Below are positions 63,339 through 64,000 of a stretch of 64,000 nt of DNA, in pieces. This stretch comes from Lentisphaeria bacterium (lineage in GTDB: Bacteria > Verrucomicrobiota > Lentisphaeria > Victivallales > UBA1829), in the NCBI GenBank assembly GCA_017503375.1, contig JAFVTF010000001.1, positions 13,322 to 77,321 on the forward strand, read 5' to 3'. The notes under the pieces were generated by a model. The model did no database searches. It saw only the letters and a list, made by a program, of their open reading frames with translations, and had not been told where the DNA came from. How positions within the stretch are numbered: position 1 is the stretch's first letter; the number at the start of each line of letters is the position of its first letter. The position numbers were made by a program, and so were the translations under genes.

Positions 63339-64000
63339 ATGGAAAACGATAACAAAGAATTGACAGAAGCAAAGAAGATTGCGGAAGAAGGTGTTTTTTC
63401 TTCCGGGATGGATATGCTTGTCAAAAGTTTGAAGGCAGTCTTTATTCTGCTTTCAAGCTTGATATTGATCCTGCTGATCTGGTTTTTCACATTCAGCGGA
63501 TTCTTCACGGTGCGCCCTGATACAGCTGTCATTGTTTTGCAGTTCGGGGAATTCAAGGAACTTTATACAGATGACTGGCATTGGGTATTTCCATATCCTG
63601 TCAGCAAAGTTGTAGAGATCCCCACAACACCGCAGACCATATCCAGCAGCACTTACATGCCTGCAAATGAAAAGCTGATTACCGACCGGAAGAACAACCC
63701 CCAGGGCGGTGAAACTCTGATTCCCGGCGTTGACGGTTATCTGATTACTGCTGATGCCTGTATCATTCACACCTCCTGGAGTATGACTTACCGTATTACA
63801 GGACCGAAACAGTATTATGAAAACTGTCTGACCCCGGAACTTCCTGCTGAAGCGGATACTGTATTCTTCAACAAGAAGGGTGAGCAGACCGGGACCCGCG
63901 GTCCGCGGACACTGCTCCGCAATGTTTTGGATAATGCGGTCCTGCAGATCACTTCCCGCTGGAAAGTCAATGATATCATCTTCAAGAAGACCAATGAGTA
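63339..64000 (+). CDS. SPFH/band-7 (HflK-like) protein, 3' end beyond window
   Basis: Hand translation from the ATG at 63339: MENDNKELTEAKKIAEEGVFSS...TM helix...FTVRPDTAVIVLQFGEFKELYTDDWHWVFPYPVSKV. The frame is open to the window end. Confidence 0.7.
   Translation, partial: MENDNKELTEAKKIAEEGVFSSGMDMLVKSLKAVFILLSSLILILLIWFFTFSGFFTVRPDTAVIVLQFGEFKELYTDDWHWVFPYPVSKVVEIPTTPQTISSSTYMPANEKLITDRKNNPQGGETLIPGVDGYLITADACIIHTSWSMTYRITGPKQYYENCLTPELPAEADTVFFNKKGEQTGTRGPRTLLRNVLDNAVLQITSRWKVNDIIFKKTNE

Overview
The window reads as a bacterial chromosome segment, probably from the PVC superphylum (Lentisphaerota/Victivallales-like). That placement is an inference from four paralogous [17 protein letters not shown] pseudopilin-type genes, several carrying the H-X9-DG C-terminal motif. 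Housekeeping blocks alternate with accessory modules. The housekeeping genes are a STAS gene, alaS-nudC-nnr-yggS-cysE-yicC on the minus strand, yajC-secDF-fabD-fabG on the plus strand, blc, trmB and tRNA-Leu(UAG). There are four glycan-utilisation-like modules. Each is led by a pseudopilin-type gene, followed by very large secreted LamG / CBM9-like / DUF4838-like / GH42-middle-like proteins, and each has its own regulator (AraC, a GntR-LacI hybrid, or a LacI remnant). Two of these modules also contain paralogous DegT-type aminotransferases. Mobile and repeat content comprises two adjacent divergent IS110-family elements with strongly structured non-coding ends (bridge-RNA candidates), two MITE-like repeat families, and a decayed phage remnant next to tRNA-Leu. 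The 3' end of the window carries a GldA / GldF-GldG-fusion / DUF4340 ABC system and three consecutive SPFH (band-7) genes. The most unusual signal is upstream of the pseudopilin operon at 14.6-14.8 kb. A perfect consensus promoter is followed by two oppositely oriented 9-3-9 palindromic sites that bracket an 83-bp segment carrying the only Shine-Dalgarno, and that SD currently points away from the gene. I read this as a candidate SD-flipping inverton or a start-codon-sequestering leader stem. All calls come from reading the sequence and ORF translations by eye; no database search was run.
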